64,000 bases of DNA from the human T2T-CHM13v2.0 reference genome, Homo sapiens. The number at the start of each line of letters is the position of its first letter. Positions within the stretch are counted from its first letter, which is position 1. Below the pieces are notes generated by a model. It was given only the letters and a program-made list of their open reading frames with translations. It had not been told where the DNA came from and made no database searches. The translations under genes were made by a program, and so were the position numbers. Of the stretch, positions 1 through 13,177 are shown piece by piece. The stretch lies in NCBI RefSeq assembly GCF_009914755.1, contig NC_060932.1; one strand, 5' to 3'.

Positions 1-2485
1 TGCATTCAACATCTGAAGAATACATATTGTCTTCAAGCACATGTAATGTATATAAAAACTGTCAGTGTACTAAGTAAACAAGCAATTTTCAACACTTAAA
101 AAAATCAGTTTCTTTCAAACTACATTCTCTGACTACATTACAATTAAGTTTGAAATTAAGCAGAAAAACATAATAGAAAACTTGATACATCTAAAATGCT
201 TAAAAACTTGACTGTAATTAATTACTTCAATTACTTAATTTATTTGACCTCATAGGTCAAAATTAAAATTGAACTGAATCATAATTAAAATGATACGTGT
301 TGAAACGTGACTTTTTGTGAAAAATCATTACAAGAAAGATACTTATAACATAAAATGTACATTTTAAAAAAAGAAGAAATACTGAATAGTTGTACATTAA
401 CCATCAAACTTGAAAGATCAGAAAAGGAACAATAGAAAAACCTCCCAAAAAGTTGAAAGAAAGGAATAATAATGCTAGCACTAGAAATTAATGAAATAGA
501 AAAGAGTCATAAAGAAAGAGAGGAATGAAAATACTAAAGTTAGTTCTTTAGCAAGACTAATAAAATTGAAAAACATCTAGAACTATTGCTAAAAGAAAAA
601 GAGAGGGACCAAATAAATAATATAAGGAAGCAAAAAGGACATACAAATAGATATAGCTGAGATTAAAAAGATAATGAACCTATTAAAATAAGAATACTAG
701 TAAATTGAAACCATTAGGAGAATGAAAGTCTTAAAAATCTCATAGGAGGAAAATAGAAAATCTAAATGATTTTTGTAATGTTACAAAATGGAGCTATAGA
801 AATTGATGCAATCGAATATTTTTATATTCCAACCCCCCGCCACACACACACACAAAGACAAGGCCCAAATGTTCACAGACAGGTTCTATTCAATGTTCAA
901 ATAACAGAAATAGTCTTATGGTTTTATTTCAAAAAACATATAAGAAAAAATTCCATTTCACATGTCTAGTATTACCTTAATATCAAAAATCCATCAAGAA
1001 TAATAAGTAAATAAGAAACTATAATTGTATATAACACATGAATCTGGAACAAAATTTTAGCTAACAAAATCAGTAATCAAACTCAAAAATGTATTTAAAA
1101 TAACACACTAATATCAAGTATGATTTATTCTATAAATAAAAGTTTACATCTAAAAACTATTAATATTATTTCATATATTAAAAATTATCACATAAATATT
1201 AAATCATCTCAGATTTAAAGAATTAACTTTGATAATATCTAAAGTCAATTCATTATATAAACTCTTAGTATTCTGGGAAAAGAAGAAATGTCATCACAGA
1301 ATGAAGACCACATATCCTACACAGTAGAGAAACATTAAAAGCTTTCCCCTCAAAATCAGAAGCAAGAAAAAAAAATGCATAATTACATTCCTTATTTTCA
1401 ACTAGCACAATATGCCAGGAAAAACAAATAAAAGGTAAAATACTAGAAAAGGAAAAAATTAAACTGTTATTCTCAAATGATGATAGTCTATCTGGAAGAC
1501 ACAGAACTTAAAGACAAATGATTAAAATAAATTAGTTTAGCTAGCTGGCTGAATATAAACTTAATTTCAACTTCAGTTGAATTTCCACAAAAGAGCAACA
1601 GCTCAAATATTTGATTTAAGGCAGATATTTTTTAAAGTAGCAACAAAAATATGAAAATCAAGAATAAATTATAAAAGATGGGTCAGACCTTATGGGATAA
1701 ATTATAAAACTTCATTGTGTGATATTAAGATAAACCAATTAATGAAAAAATTTACTGTAACCAAGTTAAGGAGGACTCAGTATTGAAAAGATATCAATTA
1801 TCCCCAAGTTAATCAAAATAATTTATATAGAATTTGACAAAATTAGTCTAAGTTCATATGTAAAGGCAAAATGGCCGAAGTTAATCAAGATGAACAGGAA
1901 GGAGAATGCAATAATGTAGAGAAGACTGATCATGCAGTAGTATAGATCCCAGAAACATAAATGAAAACTTAGTGCATATACAGGTTATACTGCATATCAG
2001 TGAGGAATTGATAGGATATTCAATAAATGATTTGTAGACATATAGGGAAAAATAAAAAGAATACCTACCCCACCATATCCTCAGTTACTCCAGATGGATT
2101 CAAGACTAAATGTTAAAATTTCAATAAGAAATTTCCTAGAGAATACACTCATAATTTTTGAAAGAGCTTTTAAAAACAAGCTCCAATCTTAAATAAAAGA
2201 TTAGTAAATTAAATTATATTGAAATTAAGAAATTCATCACAAGATACCATAAAGACAGGAAAATGATAAGCAGAAACTTAGAGACAATATTGGCAACACA
2301 AAAAAAACTAAAAAGAATTAGCATTGAGAGCACACTGTAAATAAAGAACTCCTAAGTAAGAATAAGAAGAAAAAACAATAACAATAAGCAATGGATCTAA
2401 ACGTATAAATAGGTGTTTCAAAGGACAGAAAATACAAACTGACAGTAAGTACAGTATATGAAAAGATGCTTAACCTCAGTAATAA
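1..2485 (+). mobile_element. Ancient, highly degraded L1 (L1M/L1ME-type) ORF2 region
   Basis: A-rich and colinear with L1 ORF2, from the endonuclease end (tacattctctgactac...aagtttgaaatt) to the 3' ORF2 motif aaaagatgcttaacctcagtaat; no open frame. Confidence 0.8.
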
Positions 2486-2714
2486 AAGAGGCTGAAAGGA
2501 TTAGCCATCTTATTTGGCTTTATGAAGAGTAGCAAATAAAAATCTCCCATTGTTTGTTGAAAGTGAAAGAGGCCCAGAATATAGACTTCTTCCTGTCTGC
2601 AAGAAGAAGACAGGGCCATGGAGCTTCAGTGACTCAAAGTAGCCATTTGCAGTAGGTTCTTGACATGATACTGGGCGTACCTGAACAAGGCTTACAAAGC
2701 AAAATGATCTAGAG

Positions 2715-2940
2715 CCAAAGTGCAGGAGTCAGAAAAATCTGAGTTGAATCCCAGTGCTGTTGCTTATTATCTGTGTAACCCTAAATATCTGTACTTCATC
2801 TTTTGGATCCTCAATCTTCTCACTGAAAATGATGATAATCAGTGCTAACTTCATAGCATTGTTATCAGGAGTAAATGAGAGTATATGTAAGACAAAAGTA
2901 CAGCATCTAACACACAAAAAACCACTCAAATATTAGATTT
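2715..2940 (+). mobile_element. MIR SINE
   Basis: MIR core: gagttgaatcccagtgctg...ctgtgtaacc...cctcaatcttctcactgaaaatg...taacttcatagcattgtt. Confidence 0.75.
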
Positions 2941-3276
2941 TATTATTTTAATCTGCACAAAGTTCTAGAGTTTACAAAAACACTTTTATCTTTTTATCTA
3001 TTATTTTATAGTTCAAAAATATGAGAGGGCATTATTCTTTTTGAGTCATTATGTTTACTTATTTTTGAATAGGCAATATAAAACTGCAGTAAAATTACAT
3101 AACATGAAGACTCCTTTTATATTCTTCCATGTTTTTCTTAATATTTAAATAAATGTAAACATAGATTGTTATTCCCCCTTTTTTGTACAAATGATTGCAT
3201 CTTATATCACTGTCTAAACTTACTTTTTCACGTAATTTATCTTGCAAATATTTTCATAAATGTACATAAAATTGGA

Positions 3277-3495
3277 AATAGTAACTAATATTAATTATGT
3301 GCAAGGCTTCTATTCTAACTGCTTTATGTATTTTAACAGCCTCAATCTTTTCTGTCAAACCCTCTGAGATGGTACTCTTGTTAACCTCATTTTAAAGGTG
3401 AGTACACTAAGGCTCAGAGACTGTACACAAGCTGCCCAAGGTTGTACAGATATTCAAATGACAGAACCAAGATTTGATCTCATGTAGTCAATATT
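3277..3495 (-). mobile_element. MIR SINE
   Basis: cctcattttaaaggtgagtacactaaggctcagaga...gcccaaggtt resembles the reverse MIR core. Confidence 0.75.
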
Positions 3496-4975
3496 CGTAT
3501 ATTCCTCTTCTTTAACAAATTGTATAGTCTTCCATTTTACACTTTCACCATGATCTATTCAACCAGTTTCATACTGATGGATATTTACGTTTTTTTCTCT
3601 TTTGCTATTACTAACAACATGGGAATGGATACCATTTTATGTCAGTCATTTTAAACATATGTGAGTTTATTTTTGTAGAATAAATTTATACAAATGAAAC
3701 TATCAGATCAAAGAGAATGTACATTTGTAATTTGGATAGATCTTACTAAATATACTTTTGTATATTTTTATATTCCACCAGTATTAAAGCATCTATACAC
3801 CACAATTTTTTCACAGAAGTGGGTCAGCAAACTTTTAAGTTTTTCCTATTTAGGAGGTAAAAATGGTATCATTATGTAACTTTTAAGCATTTCTTTTTTA
3901 ATAAATGAGTTTGAGCACTTCAAAATATTGTATAAGTTTTTGTACTTACTTTTCCTTGAACCCTCTGTTGATATTCTTACTCTAATTTTTTGTTGATATT
4001 TTAGTCTTCTATGAAGTAATTTGAGTTCTTTTTACATTAGAAAAATTATTTACTATCTGGATATGAAGCACAAAAGTTTTTTACCTCTTTGTTATTTATG
4101 TTTTGACTTTACTTTCACGTTTTGCCATGCAGAAATGTTTTACTCTTGTGTAGAAAATGTATTAATTTTCTCTTTCATGGCATCTGGATTTCAAACCATA
4201 TTATGAAAGCCCTTTACTACCCCAAGCATATAAAATAATTAATTCACATTACATATATGGTTTATGTTTTATATTTAAAATTTTAATTTATTTGGAATTT
4301 TACTGGTATGTACTCTAAAGTATGGGTTCGGATGTATTTTTTAGAAAGTTGTCCAATTGTGCCAACAATATTTACTGGGTAAAGCACTAATGTTTTTAGT
4401 GATTTTAGATGTCATTTTCGTATGCTAAACTCTTGAGTATATTTTTATCTGTTTTCTGATGTTTTTGCTCTTTCTGTGTCACCTTGTGTTAATTATGGGA
4501 TGTATATGATGTTGTAATATGCAACATGACTCGTTTCTCTCATTGCCCTTCTTTTTTTCAGTTTCCATTTCTATTTGTGTTTGCTCATTTTCCAATAAAA
4601 ATTTAGAATTAGTTCTTCTAGTTAAAAAAGGCTCTTGGTGAATTTTTTGAGATCACATTATATTTTTATTAGGATCTCATTTTATTATATTGTATGTATT
4701 CATCCAAATTTTCCTTTGTATAATTCAGAAGTAATTTAAAGTTTTTCATATGTCTTTAATATGTCTTAGCTTTATTTCTAGCTATTTGATCTTTTCTTTT
4801 GATATTGCAAATTATTTTTTCAATTGTATTTTCTAACAGTTTATGCTAATGATTTTTATGTCATTATGAAAATTATACTAGTTATATATCAAGGTCATAC
4901 TATTTTTGTATATTCTATATATTACCACCTTACTCAAATACCATATTGCATGTACCAGTTTTAAACTAGATTTTT

Positions 4976-5262
4976 GGCATGTTGTGGCTCACACCTTGTA
5001 ATCCCAGCACTTAAGGAAGCTGAGGTGGGAGGATACCTTGAGGCCAGGAATTGGAAACCAGCCTGGTTAACTTAGTGAGACCCCATCTCTACAAAAAATT
5101 AAGGAATCAGCTGGACATTGAGGCACATTCCTGTAGTTCTAACTACTTGGGAGGCTGAGGCAGGAGAATCACTTGAGCCTAGGAGTTTGAGGCTGCAGTG
5201 AGCTATGATAGTGCCACTGCAGTTAGCCTGAGCAAGAGCAAAACCCAATCTCAGAAAAAAAA
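4976..5262 (+). mobile_element. AluJ
   Basis: Dimeric Alu with J-type ggagtttgaggctgcagtgagctatgat; approximate TSD aaactagattttt / aaacccagattttt. Confidence 0.9.
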
Positions 5263-7064
5263 CCCAGATTTTTGTGGTTTATTAAATGATACAATCTGCA
5301 TATACTGATAGTCTGAATTTATTATCTCTGATTTTCATACTTATAATGTATTTTTGTCTAATTTTATTGTCTAGTAATTCTTGAACAATGTTAAATAATA
5401 ATGTGGATAGAGGATAATCTTGTTTGTTTTTGACTTTAGTAGAGAAATATCTGGTATTTGCCATTAAGAATGTTGGTCTTTGGATTGAGATAGTTATCAT
5501 GTTAAGGAAAAGTCTGCATTTTAAAATTTATTAACTGCTTTTGCCAAGAATTTTTATTGAATGTTGTCAAATGACTTTACAACCTCTATTGACATGATCA
5601 AAGAATTGTTTTTCATCTGTGATATGATTAATATATCACTTAATATTCAACTGTTTCTGCACTATTAGAATAAGTAAATCTTGCCTTTTCAAGATATATT
5701 ATTTTTTAGTATGCTGCTGGATTCTGCTTCCTCATTTAGAATTTTTTCATTGATAGGCACAAGTGGTATTGGTCTGTAGTCTCCTGTTGAAGACTAACAT
5801 CATCACATATTGATATACTCATTTTGTAAAATTATTTCTCTTACTAGTCTGTGAAGCAACCTAAGTAACATTTGAATTTTGGCTCATGGAAGGTTTGGTA
5901 AAATTTCTCTGTGAAGCCACCTGACCTTGTAATTTGGTGGAACACTGTGACAAGTTGATCTCCTATGGGAATTCGTCCGGTAAAATGTTCTAATTCTTTA
6001 AGAGTCTGTTTTTGTAAATTCAAAATTTGCCAAAAAATTATATGTATTTATCCTTGTTTTCAAATTTACTTTGCATAGAATTATGTAAAGTTTCTTGTGG
6101 TTCATTAAAATTTGAAATATCATTATTAACACCATATCTGAGATCAGAAAACTGAATCTGATACAACATTGAGGTCCAATTTACACAATTAGGAGATAGA
6201 TCTCTCCTTCAAAACCAGGCCTTTTGACTCATTTTTGCTCCATTCCCCTGAACCTCATTGCATGTCCTCCCCACCCACCCTCCCAGCCCCACCTACCCTT
6301 TCCCAGCAGCCTGACTTGGCAGGGCACTGAAATGTAAAGTTGTTATCAGGAGCTGATAAGAGTCCCCTTAAAATAATGCTACTTTTGTTACTACAGCATT
6401 ACATGTCCTGTCAGATTTCCTCACTGAAGATAAATTCTGTCCAACCTGTATCAAAATTAAGCAGCCTCAGTGTAGCTAAGGGGACATTGATCAAAATGAC
6501 ATCCTGTCATATATCGAACTAAAGGAATTGATTTCTTCTTTAAAATTAAAAAAATCAAATTAGACTCTATTACTTTGTTGCAACCTTTGCAATAGAGCAA
6601 CTGGAGGTAGAGAGTACAACTCAATACAACTAGCTAAAAATGTACTTAAGAAAAAGCATCTCGCAGAAACATTTGCTAGCTCATGTTATTCTTCACCCAA
6701 AGTGGAAGGGTGTATTGCAATTAAATTCTGATTAAAAATAATAAATATAACCAATATATAATTTAGAGGAGACATTCTTGGAAACAAGAATGTTTATGGC
6801 ATGGATTTTGACATATCAATTTATTTTAGTTTTTAGACTGACATAAAAAATTGACTCCAGGAAGAAAAGTATAACTGAGTATCTTTTATAAGTATAATAA
6901 AATGACCAATTCTGCTCCACTATTGATCCCAGGCAATTTCTAATCTGGCAACCAACGACATTGAGCACAGGACACAGTATAGTCTCTTATGAACTTGAAC
7001 TTGCCATCATTCATCATGGGTTTAATTTATGAAGCTGAATAGAATGACACCATAGGGAGTCTAC

Positions 7065-7320
7065 ATTATCTGTCCCTTGTTTACCTCTTCAACTCCACTG
7101 CAGACTGCTCCTGCTTGCTTACTAAGTTTCAGCCACTCTGGCTGGTTTTTCAGTTCCTTGAACCTATTCAATTTTACCTGCCTCAGGACCTCTGTCTTCT
7201 CTGTCTTTTTCTCACTACGGCAAGATTTTTAAAGATCTTCGTATGGTTGGCTCTTTGTCATAATTCAGATCTCAGCTAAAATTCCACCTTCTCAGAGATG
7301 TATTCCCCAGCCACACTCAT
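7065..7320 (+). mobile_element. L2 LINE fragment
   Basis: cagccactctggc...ttccttgaac...cctgcctcaggacct...caccttctcagaga resembles the L2 3' region. Confidence 0.7.
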
Positions 7321-7637
7321 TATTGTCCTGAATAAAAGCTAAGTGACAACAATCTACGGTGGGTATTGGACTTCTAAAGAGTACTTAAGATGAAGGTAAA
7401 GGAAGTTTTAAATACACAGTAGAGGATCTAAAAGTCCCTGGTTTTGTAATGTGTTTGAAATGATAGAGATTTATGATTGAGAAGAGCGTATTTCAAATGG
7501 CTTTAACAAAAGTACTGGGTTCTTTCATAAAAATTAATCTCATAAAAACTTAGTATTTGAAAGCATCAATTTAAAAGGCTTTTTTGTATTCATATTGAAA
7601 TAGTAATATGTTGGCTTTTCCCATTTTAACTAGAGCT

Positions 7638-7996
7638 TTTTAAATTTTTTTATTATTATTATACTTTAAGTTCTGGGATATATGTGCAGAACGTGCAGGT
7701 TTGTTACATAGGTATACACAGGCCATGGTGGTTTGCTGCACCCATCAACCTGTCATCTTCATTAGGTAGTTCTCCTAATGCTATCCCTCCCTAGTCCCCC
7801 ACCCCCCAACAGGCCCTGGTGTGTGATGTTCCCCTCCCTGTGTCCATGGGTTCTCATTGTTCAGCTCCCACTTATGAGTGAGAACATGCAGTATTTGATT
7901 TTCTGTTCCTGTTTCAGTTTGCTGAGAATGATGGTTTCCAGCTTTATCCATGTCTCTGCAAAGAACATGAACTCATCCTTTTTATGGCTGCATAAT
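7638..7996 (-). mobile_element. 5'-truncated L1PA7/8-like 3' end
   Basis: ttatactttaagttctgggata...gtgcagaacgtgcaggtttgttacatagg is the reverse L1PA 3'UTR. Confidence 0.9.
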
Positions 7997-9118
7997 AAGA
8001 ACAATTATGTCTTTAATTTAAAAAACTTTATCATTGTTATTACAAATGTTTCTACATTCATACTGCATACATTTTCATGTATTTTACAGTCTTGCATTGG
8101 AAATGCACTTCACTCATCTGCAGAGATTTTGATGAGGACTTCAAAAGCCATCTTATTCATCTAAACATGATCCAATCAGGCAAAAGATTGCATCATAATC
8201 TGTATGTAGTATTAGCTTTTCTAATAGAATATAAACTACATCATAAAGATCATGTTTTCTCTTTTGTCAATAATCCTAGTGCCACAAAAATTATTGTGAT
8301 GTGCCACAAAAGTATGATAGGGTTATCATCCATAATATTATTGTTGTTTTATAATAGAAATAAGAAATACATACATAAAAGAATTAATGACTTAGCCTCA
8401 TGTTCAGAAATAAATGCTAATGACATTAGAGAAGTTGTCATAAGAAAACATTTTAATTGTGTAAAGAACAAAATCCCAGACTGAGGAGGAAGCAACATGG
8501 GTTAAACTTATCAGAGAAAATTTCAGGGGATTGTTGGGACTTTACTAGAGATATTTAATGAGGATGAGATATGGATAAGATGAAAAAAGAAGAAATTTGC
8601 TTCCTAGATTTTTAGAGTTTGTGTATACTCATAAAGTTACATATTAATATATTCTAACTATAGATTTAAATGTTGATGATGTGTACACAAATATACAGGA
8701 ACTCACCTATCTGGTTGACTTTGTTTCTATTAGAAGCAATAAATCGCTAAATTTGGAAGCAGCGCAAAATTCAACTCAACCAATTACCTACTCTCTTATA
8801 GAAGTCAATGGGTTCTGTAAAGGGGGGCGGTTCCAAAATGGTCGAACAGGAACAGCTCCAGTCTATAGCTCCCAGCATAAGCGATGCAGAAGACAGGTGA
8901 TTTCTGCATTTCCAACTGAGGTACCGGGTTCATCTCACTGGGGCTCGTCAGACAGTGGGGGCAGGAGCAGGATGGTGTGTGTAGTCCACCGAGCGTGAGC
9001 CGAAGCAGGGAGAGGCATTGCCTCACCGTAGAAGTGCAAGGGGTCAGGAAATTCCCTTTCCTAGCCAAGGGGAGGGGTGACAGACGGCACCTGGAAAAAT
9101 GGGTCACTCCCACCCTAA

Positions 9119-9897
9119 TGTTACCGGGGGTCCTTGCTCCCAGAGCTCCCAAGATGGTGGTGGAACACTTCAAAGATGGTGGCGGGCCACTTCCAAGATG
9201 GTGGCAAGCCTCGTGTTCTCTGACCTGTGGTTCTTGGCCTCACAGATTCCAAGGAATGGAATCTTGGGCCATGCGGTGAATGTCATAGCTCTATTAGAAG
9301 TCATGGGTAACAGAAGAGAACCATGGAACCCAGTGACTAGTGTCCAGCTCGATTAGGACAAACCCAGGCACTTAGCTGTGCAGAACTATTGCAAGCCTTT
9401 AGCCCGATCAGGAGTGGCAATGGGCACCTCATTGGATCAGGAGCACAGTGGACACCCTGCCAGATCTGGAGGGATAGGAGTCAGTGGTGAGTCTGTGACG
9501 GCGGCAAACAGCAGTGGTGGATGGTGAGTGAAAGCTCAGCTCGAGCCGTAACAGACATAGACCAGAAGAGTGCAGTTGCAAGATTTAATAGAGTGAAATA
9601 GAGTAAAAACAGAGCTACCATACAAAGGGAGGGGACCCAAAGGGTGTTGCTGTTGCCGGCTTGAATGCCTGGGTTTATATCCTGATCTTTGTCCCTCCTG
9701 CTGTGCTCTCAGGCAATAGATGATTGGCTATTTCTTTACCTCCTGTTTTTGCCTAATTAGCATTTTAGTGAACTCTCTGATTGGTTGGGTGTGAGCTAAG
9801 TTGCAAGCCCTGTGTTTAAAGGTGGATGCGGTCACCTTCCCAGCTAGGCTTAGGGATTCTTAGTCATCCTAGGAAATCCAGCTAGTCCTGTCTCTCA
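9119..9897 (-). mobile_element. HERV-W solo LTR (LTR17)
   Basis: Reverse strand begins TGAGAGACAGGACTAGCTGGATTTCCTAGG and ends GCAAGGACCCCCGGTAACA; 779 bp, TG...CA. Confidence 0.95.
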
Positions 9898-10064
9898 GAA
9901 ATACTGCACTTTTCCAATGGTCTTAGCAAACGGCACACTAGCAGATTATATCTCACGCCTGGCTTGGAGGGTCCCACGCCCATGGACCTTCGCTTATTGC
10001 TAGCACAGCAGTCTGAGATTGAACTGCAAGGCAGCAGCAAGGCTGGGGGAGGGGCGCCCGCCAT
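9882..10064 (-). pseudogene. ORF0: L1 ORF0 homologue, C-terminally truncated by LTR17
   Basis: MAGAPPPALLLPCSSISDCCASN...GVGPS matches the primate L1 ORF0 N-terminus; last residues ERQD* come from the LTR. Confidence 0.8.
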
Positions 10065-10637
10065 TGCTGAGGCTTGAGTAGGTAAACAAAGCGGCTGGGA
10101 AGCTCAAACTGGGTGGAGCCCACCCCAGCTCAAGGAGGCCTGCCTGCCTCTGTAGTCTCCACCTCTGGGGGCAGGGCATAGCCAAACAAAAGGCAGCAGA
10201 AACCTCTGCAGAATTAAATGTCCCTGTCTAACAGCTTTGAAGAGAGTAGTGGTTCTCCCAGCACGGAGTATGAGATCTGAGAACGGACAGACTGCCTCCT
10301 CAATTGGGTCCCTGACCCCTGAGTAGCCTAACTGGGAGGCATCCCCCAGTAGGGGCAGACTGACACCTGACACAGCCGGGTACCCCTATGAGATGAAGCT
10401 TCCAGAGGAACGATCACGCAGCAACACTTGCTGTTCAGCAATATTTGCTGTTCTGCAGCCTCCGCTGCTGATACCCAGGCAAACAGGGTCTGGAGTGGAC
10501 CTCCAGCAAACTCCAACAGACGCACCTGAGGGTCCTGACTGTTAGAAGGAAAACTAACAAACAGAAGGGATATCCACATCAAAACCCCATCTGTACGTCA
10601 CCATCATCAAAGACCAAAGGTAGATAAAACCACAAAG

Positions 10638-11651
10638 ATGGGGAAAAAACAGAGCAGAAAAGCTGAAGATTCTAAAAATCAGAGCACCTCTCCTCCAAAG
10701 GAATGCAGCTCCTTGCCAGCAATGGAACAAAGCTGGACAGAGAATGACTTTGACAAGTTGAGAGAAGAAGGCTTCAGATGATCAAACTTCTCCAAGCTAA
10801 AGCAGGAAGTTTGAACCCATCAAAAAGAAGCTAAAAACCTTGAGAAAAGATTAGACAAATGGCTAACTAGAATAACCAGTGTAGGGAAGTCCTTAAATTA
10901 CCTGATGGAGCTGAAAACCATGGCACGAGAACTATGTGACAAATGCACAAGCTTCAGTAGCCGATTCGATCAACTGGAAGAAAGGGTATCAGTGATTGAA
11001 GATCAAATGAATGAAATGAAGCAAGATGAGAAGTTTAGAGAAAAAAGAGTAAAAAGAAACAAACAAAGCCTCCAAGAAATATGGCACTATGTGGAAAGAC
11101 CAAATCTACGTCTGATTGGTATACCTGAAACTGACGGGGACAATGGAACCAAGTTGGAAAACATTCTGCAGGATATTACCCAGGAGAACTTCCCCAACCT
11201 AGCAAGGCAGGCCAACATTCAAATTCAGGAAATTCAGAGAATGCCACAAAGATTCTCCTCAAGAAGAACAACTCCAGGACACATAATTGTCAGATCACCA
11301 AAGTTGAAGTGAAGGAAAAAATGTTGGAGAGAAAGGTCGGGTTTCCCACAAAGGGCAGCCCATCAGACTAATACCTGATCTCTCAGCAGAAATGCTACAA
11401 GCCAGAAGAGAGTGGGGGCCAATATTCAACATTCTTAAAGAAAATAATTTTCAACTCAGAATTTCATATCCAGCCAAACTATGCAAATAAACAAGAAAAT
11501 AAGTGAAGGAGAAATAAAATCCTTTACAGACAAGCAAATGCTGACAGATTTTGTCACCACCAGGCCTGCCCTACAAGAGCTCCTGAAGGAAGCACTAAAC
11601 ATGGAAAGGAAAAACCGGTACCAGCCACTGCAAAAACATGACAAATTGTGA
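10638..11651 (+). pseudogene. Disrupted L1 ORF1
   Basis: ATGGGGAAAAAACAG start; fragment 10905-11312 has QEIW..V.RPNLRLIG and ENFPNLARQANIQIQE; stops and frameshifts. Confidence 0.9.
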
Positions 11652-11714
11652 AGACGATTGATGCTAGGAAGAAACTGCATCAACTAACGAGCAAAATAAC
11701 CAGCTAACATCATA

Positions 11715-13177
11715 ATGACGGGATCAAATTCACACATAACAATATTAACCTTAAATGTAAATGGGCTAAATGCTCCAATTAAAAGACACAGACTGGCAAA
11801 TTGGATGAAGAGTCAAGACCCATCAGTGTGCTGTATTCAGGAGACTCATCTCACGTGCAGAGACACACATAGGCTCAAAATAAAGGGATGGAGGAAGACC
11901 TACCAGGCAAATGGAAAACAAAAAAAGGCAGGGGTTGCAATCCTAGTCTCTGATAAAACAGACTTTAAACCAACAAAGAGCAAAAGAGACAAAGAAGGCC
12001 ATTACATAATGGTAAAGGGATCAATTCAACAAGAAGAGCTAACTATCCTAAATATATATGCACCTAATACAGGAGCACCCAGATTCATAAAGCAAGTCCT
12101 TAGAGATCTATAAAGAGACTTAGACTCCCACACAATAAAAATGGGAGACTTTAATACCCCACTGTCAACATTAGACAGATCAATGAGACAGAAAGTTAAT
12201 AAGGATATCCAGGAATCAAACTCAGTTCTGCACTAAGTGGACGTAACAGACATCTACAGAACTCTCCACCACAAATCAACAGAATATACATTCTCAGCAC
12301 CACATCACCACTTATTCCAAAATTGACCACATAGTTGGAAGTAAAGCACTCCTCAGCAAATGTAAAATAACAGAATTTATAACAAGCTGTCTCTCAGACC
12401 ACAGTGCAATCAAACTAGAACTCAGGATTACCATCAGAGTGAACAGGCATCCTACAGAATGGGAGAAGATTTTTGCAATCTACTCATCTGACAAAGGGCT
12501 AATATCCTGAATCTACAAAGAACTCAAACAAATTTACAAGAAAAAAACAACCCCATCAAAAAGTGGGCAAAGGATATGAATAGATACTTCTCAAAAGAAG
12601 ACATTTATGCAGCCAAAAGACACATGAAAAAATGCTCATCATCACTAGCCATCAGAGACATGCAAATCAAAACCACAATGAGATACCATCTCACAACAGT
12701 TAGAATGGCGATCATTAAGAAGTCAGGAAACAACAGGTGCTGGAGAGGATGTGGAAAAATAGGAACACTTTTACACTGTTGGTGGGACTGTAAACTAGTT
12801 CAACCTTTGTGGAAGACAGTGTGGTGATTCCTCAAGGATCTAGAACTAGAAATACCATCTGACCCAGCCATGCCATTACTGAGTATATACCCAAAGGATT
12901 ATAAATCATGCTGCTATAAAGACACATGCACACGTATGTTTATTGAGGCACTATTCACAATAGCAAAGACTTGGAACCAACCCAAATGTCCAACAATGAT
13001 AGACTGGATTAAGAAAATGTGGCACATATACACCATGGAATACAATGCAGCCATAAAAAGAATGAGTTCATGTCCTTTGTAGGGACATGGATGAAGCTGG
13101 AAACCATCATTCTCAGCAAACTATCACAAGGACAAAAAACCAAACACCGCATGTTCTCACTCATAGGTGGGAATTGA
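11715..13177 (+). pseudogene. Disrupted L1 ORF2: endonuclease joined to C-terminus, RT domain deleted
   Basis: MTGSNSHITILTLNVNGLN... stops at 12113; deletion junction near 12430; CWRGC/HCWWDC cysteine-rich region follows. Confidence 0.9.

Larger units (their letters stand above)
3050..6110 (-). mobile_element. Ancient L1 (L1ME-type) 3' end and ORF2, interrupted by a MIR and an AluJ
   Basis: T-rich antisense L1 motifs; minus ORF 5282-5500 YPLSTLLFNIVQELL resembles L1 RT ([13 protein letters not shown]). Confidence 0.75.

Noticed and set aside
1-6110. Opposed ancient L1s as a twin-priming product or functional inverted repeat
   Set aside because: They cover overlapping L1 coordinates, are highly diverged, are separated by other sequence and share no TSD
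8077-8484. 135-aa ORF in unique AT-rich DNA
   Set aside because: Composition is typical of a chance ORF; no recognisable homology or splice context
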